A stretch of DNA of 64,000 nt from the NCBI GenBank assembly GCA_035306605.1, contig DATGNR010000033.1. One strand, 5' to 3'. This document shows, piece after piece, positions 61,098 to 64,000 of this stretch. The stretch's first letter is position 1. Each line of letters starts with the position of its first letter. The translations under genes and the position numbers were made by a program. Below the pieces are notes generated by a model, which had not been told where the DNA came from, ran no database searches, and saw only the letters and a list, made by a program, of their open reading frames with translations. Source of the stretch: Xanthomarina sp. (GTDB lineage Bacteria > Bacteroidota > Bacteroidia > Flavobacteriales > Flavobacteriaceae).

Positions 61098-62036
61098 ATG
61101 CAATTAGAATCATACATAAGCGACTTATTATATAGATATGAATGTGTTACAGTTCCTGAGTTTGGAGCTTTTTTAACACAACGTGTTTCAGCAACTATTC
61201 ACGAATCTACCAATGCCTTTTATCCTCCGAAAAAGAAACTATCTTTTAACGAGCAAATTCAGGCAAACGATGGTATTTTAACCCATTATATAGCTGATGT
61301 AGAAAAAATTCCTTTTGAAGAAGCTTCAAGAAAGATTGAAAAACGCGTCAAAGCTTTAAAATCTTATTTAACTGAAGGCGAAACTATTTCTTTTGATAAT
61401 ATTGGAGAACTTTCATTAAATAACGAGGGAAAAATACTTTTTGAACCTTCGTACCATTTAAACTATTTAACCGATGCATTTGGCTTATCGCAATTTGTGT
61501 CTCCTTCAGTAAATAGAGAGGTTTACAAAGAAGAAGTTCAGGAACTTGAGAAAGTTATTCCTATTGCAGTTTCCCCAGAAAGACGCAAATCTAAAGGCTA
61601 TTTAAAATATGCTGCTATTGCTGTAATTACATTAACATTGGGCGGATTAGTTGCTTCCAATTATTATGTTGAAAATATAAACACGCAAAATCAAATAGCT
61701 CAAGAAGAAGCCAATCAGCAACTTGAAAGCAAAATTCAAGAAGCTACTTTTGTGATTGAAAATCCACTTCCAGCCGTTACTTTAAATGTGAAAAAGGAAA
61801 TTGGGAATTACCATATCATTGCCGGTGCTTTTAGAGTAGAAGAAAATAGCGATAAAAAAGTAGAAGAACTTAGAAGCTTAGGATTTGACGCTAGAAAAAT
61901 TGGGGTAAACAAATACGGTTTACACGAAGTAGTTTATGCTAGTTACCAAGATCGTTTAGAGGCTTTAAACGCTTTAAGAGAAGTAAAACGCTCTCATAAT
62001 GCTGCTGCTTGGTTATTGGTGAAAGAATTGGATTAA
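61098..62036 (+). CDS. HU-like N-terminal domains + TM + C-terminal SPOR domain protein
   Basis: CVTVPEFGAFL N-terminus; YHIIAGAFR...AWLL SPOR domain. Confidence 0.82.
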   Translation: MQLESYISDLLYRYECVTVPEFGAFLTQRVSATIHESTNAFYPPKKKLSFNEQIQANDGILTHYIADVEKIPFEEASRKIEKRVKALKSYLTEGETISFDNIGELSLNNEGKILFEPSYHLNYLTDAFGLSQFVSPSVNREVYKEEVQELEKVIPIAVSPERRKSKGYLKYAAIAVITLTLGGLVASNYYVENINTQNQIAQEEANQQLESKIQEATFVIENPLPAVTLNVKKEIGNYHIIAGAFRVEENSDKKVEELRSLGFDARKIGVNKYGLHEVVYASYQDRLEALNALREVKRSHNAAAWLLVKELD

Positions 62037-62263
62037 TTTACTGTCATTCAAAACAAAGGGAAGAAGCATTATTTTTAGAATTAACTCTACTTTAAAATTA
62101 TAGATTCCTCTCATTGTTGCATTGGCAAGTTACTACCAATAAAACTAGCGATTGTTCGTTCCATATTAAATTTCAACTTCAATAACAAAAACATCATAAT
62201 TCATAAGCCCAAAAATCCTAAATGGGCTTACCTTTACATTTCCATTTAATAAATTTTCAATCC

Positions 62264-62773
62264 ATGTCTATAAAAACGCCTGAACAATCTAGAACCATCA
62301 TGACAGACTTAGTGCTGCCAAGTGAAACAAACCCTTTAAACAATTTGTTTGGTGGCGAATTGCTTGCCAGAATGGATCGTGCGGCCAGTATTGCTGCTAG
62401 AAGACATAGCAGACGTATTGTGGTAACAGCATCGGTAAACCATGTGGAATTTAATCGTGCCGTGCCTGTAGGATCTGTGGTAACGGTTGAAGCCAAAGTA
62501 TCTCGTGCTTTTAGAAGCTCGATGGAAATTTACTTAGATGTTTGGATAGAAGATAGAGAGTCTGGATTAAAAACCAAAGCCAACGAAGCTATTTACACCT
62601 TTGTGGCTGTAGATGAAACAGGACGACCTGTGGAAGTACCAGAATTGACTCCTGAAACCGACTTAGAAAAAGAACGCTATAAAGGCGCTTTAAGACGTAA
62701 GCAATTGAGTTTGGTGATTGCTGGGAAAATGAACCCTAAGGAAGCTACTGAGTTGAAGGCTTTGTTTGTTTAA
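62264..62773 (+). CDS. Acyl-CoA thioesterase (hotdog fold)
   Basis: NLFGGELLARMD, VTASV, SSMEI, FVAVD. Confidence 0.92.
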   Translation: MSIKTPEQSRTIMTDLVLPSETNPLNNLFGGELLARMDRAASIAARRHSRRIVVTASVNHVEFNRAVPVGSVVTVEAKVSRAFRSSMEIYLDVWIEDRESGLKTKANEAIYTFVAVDETGRPVEVPELTPETDLEKERYKGALRRKQLSLVIAGKMNPKEATELKALFV

Positions 62774-62783
62774 ATTATAAGAA

Positions 62784-62815
62784 AAGCATCTCTTCTTAAA
62801 TTTAAAGAGATGCTT
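62784..62815. terminator. Hairpin between convergent genes
   Basis: AAGCATCTCTT...AAGAGATGCTT. Confidence 0.65.
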
Positions 62816-62838
62816 AATTAAGAATTATAACTGAAAAA

Positions 62839-63408
62839 TTAAGTAACAGAAAGTCTTCTTCTTTTTATAATTTTCCAAGTCTTTTTATTCTTTTTTAATA
62901 AATATAAATAAGTTGAACTTGATGACTTACCATTTGTATATCCAATTATTACCAACGCTTTATTATTTTTATCATTATATTTTATCGTTGATAAAAACAA
63001 AACACCATCATAAACTTTTAACTTACTGTTAAAATCTGAAATATCTTCCTCAAGAACTTTGAATTCCAAACTTTTTCTACCCTTAATATCCTCTCTCTTT
63101 ACTTTTAAATTTGAGATAAAATAATCAACTTTAATATCATCAATATTATTAAATAATTTAGTGTCATCATTTTTAAAGTCAAGTAAAAAAGGATTGACTG
63201 CAATTTTTAATGGCACTTTATTTAATGAATCGATAACACTTTTACTTAAAGTACTAATTGTATCTCCTTTAATAGGAGGTGGAGGTGGAGGCAATGGTTT
63301 TATCTTTGAATTAATAACTACGTTATAAATATCCTTGTCCGAATTATTTGAACAAGAAAAAACAGTAATAAAAAACACTAATATTATATAATTTATTCTT
63401 AGTTGCAT
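62839..63408 (-). CDS. Hypothetical lipoprotein with poly-Pro tract
   Basis: Lipobox VFSC; PLPPPPPP; start overlaps the end of the upstream gene. Confidence 0.7.
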   Translation of the reverse strand: MQLRINYIILVFFITVFSCSNNSDKDIYNVVINSKIKPLPPPPPPIKGDTISTLSKSVIDSLNKVPLKIAVNPFLLDFKNDDTKLFNNIDDIKVDYFISNLKVKREDIKGRKSLEFKVLEEDISDFNSKLKVYDGVLFLSTIKYNDKNNKALVIIGYTNGKSSSSTYLYLLKKNKKTWKIIKRRRLSVT

Positions 63409-64000
63409 ATAGTTGTGTTTTGATTAACAATTACTCTATAATCATCATACTCGTCTGCTAAAGGACCCATATCTAATAAATTTCCAGCATCCCATTTTCT
63501 TAATCCATCCCAAGCAAATGATTTATAATAATCTAAGGGATAACTGTTATTATCAAATTCTCTCAATGCTTGGGTAATAGGATTAATATAATTTTTGGTC
63601 ATGAAAATATGATCGATAGCATCATCATACTCACCATATAGATCAGCATAATAAGTGTAATATTGAAAAAGTTGAGGTCTATTATTAACATCTACACCAT
63701 TCAAATATTGCTCAACAAATCTTGCAAGTTCAGCATGTATAGCTTCATGTAAAATTGCTTGGGCCATTTCAACTGGGCTTGTATTAACATCTTCAAAAGT
63801 AATAACAATGTAATTAGGATCACTATCATTTGTACATTGGTCGTCTGTTAATGTAAATTCTCCTACTCTAAATGTTAAATTAAAATTTGGATCATTAACA
63901 AAAGCTCCTACTGTATTTTTAAATAATGTATTGTTATCAGCAGTAAGTTTATCATATACACATTTTAACTGTACATTATTCACAAACGTAGAATCTAATA
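63399..64000 (-). CDS. C-terminal part of a hypothetical protein with a HExxH zincin-like motif (partial)
   Basis: Frame stays open to the window end; AQAILHEAIHAEL, downstream H (DHIFM) and AWDGL. Confidence 0.75.
   Translation of the reverse strand, partial: LDSTFVNNVQLKCVYDKLTADNNTLFKNTVGAFVNDPNFNLTFRVGEFTLTDDQCTNDSDPNYIVITFEDVNTSPVEMAQAILHEAIHAELARFVEQYLNGVDVNNRPQLFQYYTYYADLYGEYDDAIDHIFMTKNYINPITQALREFDNNSYPLDYYKSFAWDGLRKWDAGNLLDMGPLADEYDDYRVIVNQNTTICN

Overview
AT-rich chromosomal window from a Bacteroidota genome, most likely Flavobacteriaceae (gldH, three proteins with T9SS C-terminal sorting domains, TAnnTTTG promoters). It is mostly core genome: rseP, sco-feoAB, a DtxR/MntR regulator with a Mn/Zn ABC importer, a heme cluster (hemJ, hemH, hemA, hemC-D fusion, hemE, hemF, hemB), peptidases, scoAB, PBP1A-gldH-ricT, trhO, recA, an ECF sigma operon, trpS and dprA. 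The edges look accessory. On the left is the N-terminus of a tyrosine integrase beside tRNA-Asn(GTT), missed by the ORF track. On the right is a HExxH protein followed by a lipoprotein. A decayed TonB-dependent receptor lies in front of the ABC operon. The most interesting unexplained signals are intergenic. (1) Two near-identical (27/30 nt) ECF-type promoters point outward on either side of recA. One precedes the ECF sigma operon; the other faces an unannotated, hairpin-rich, terminated ~320-nt minus-strand unit with two tiny ORFs. (2) An element at 43.68-43.93 kb has a TAGATTTGGG / CCCAAATCTA motif repeated at ~39-nt spacing, carried in hairpins and running into an unannotated 42-aa ORF. All calls come from reading the sequence; no searches were run.
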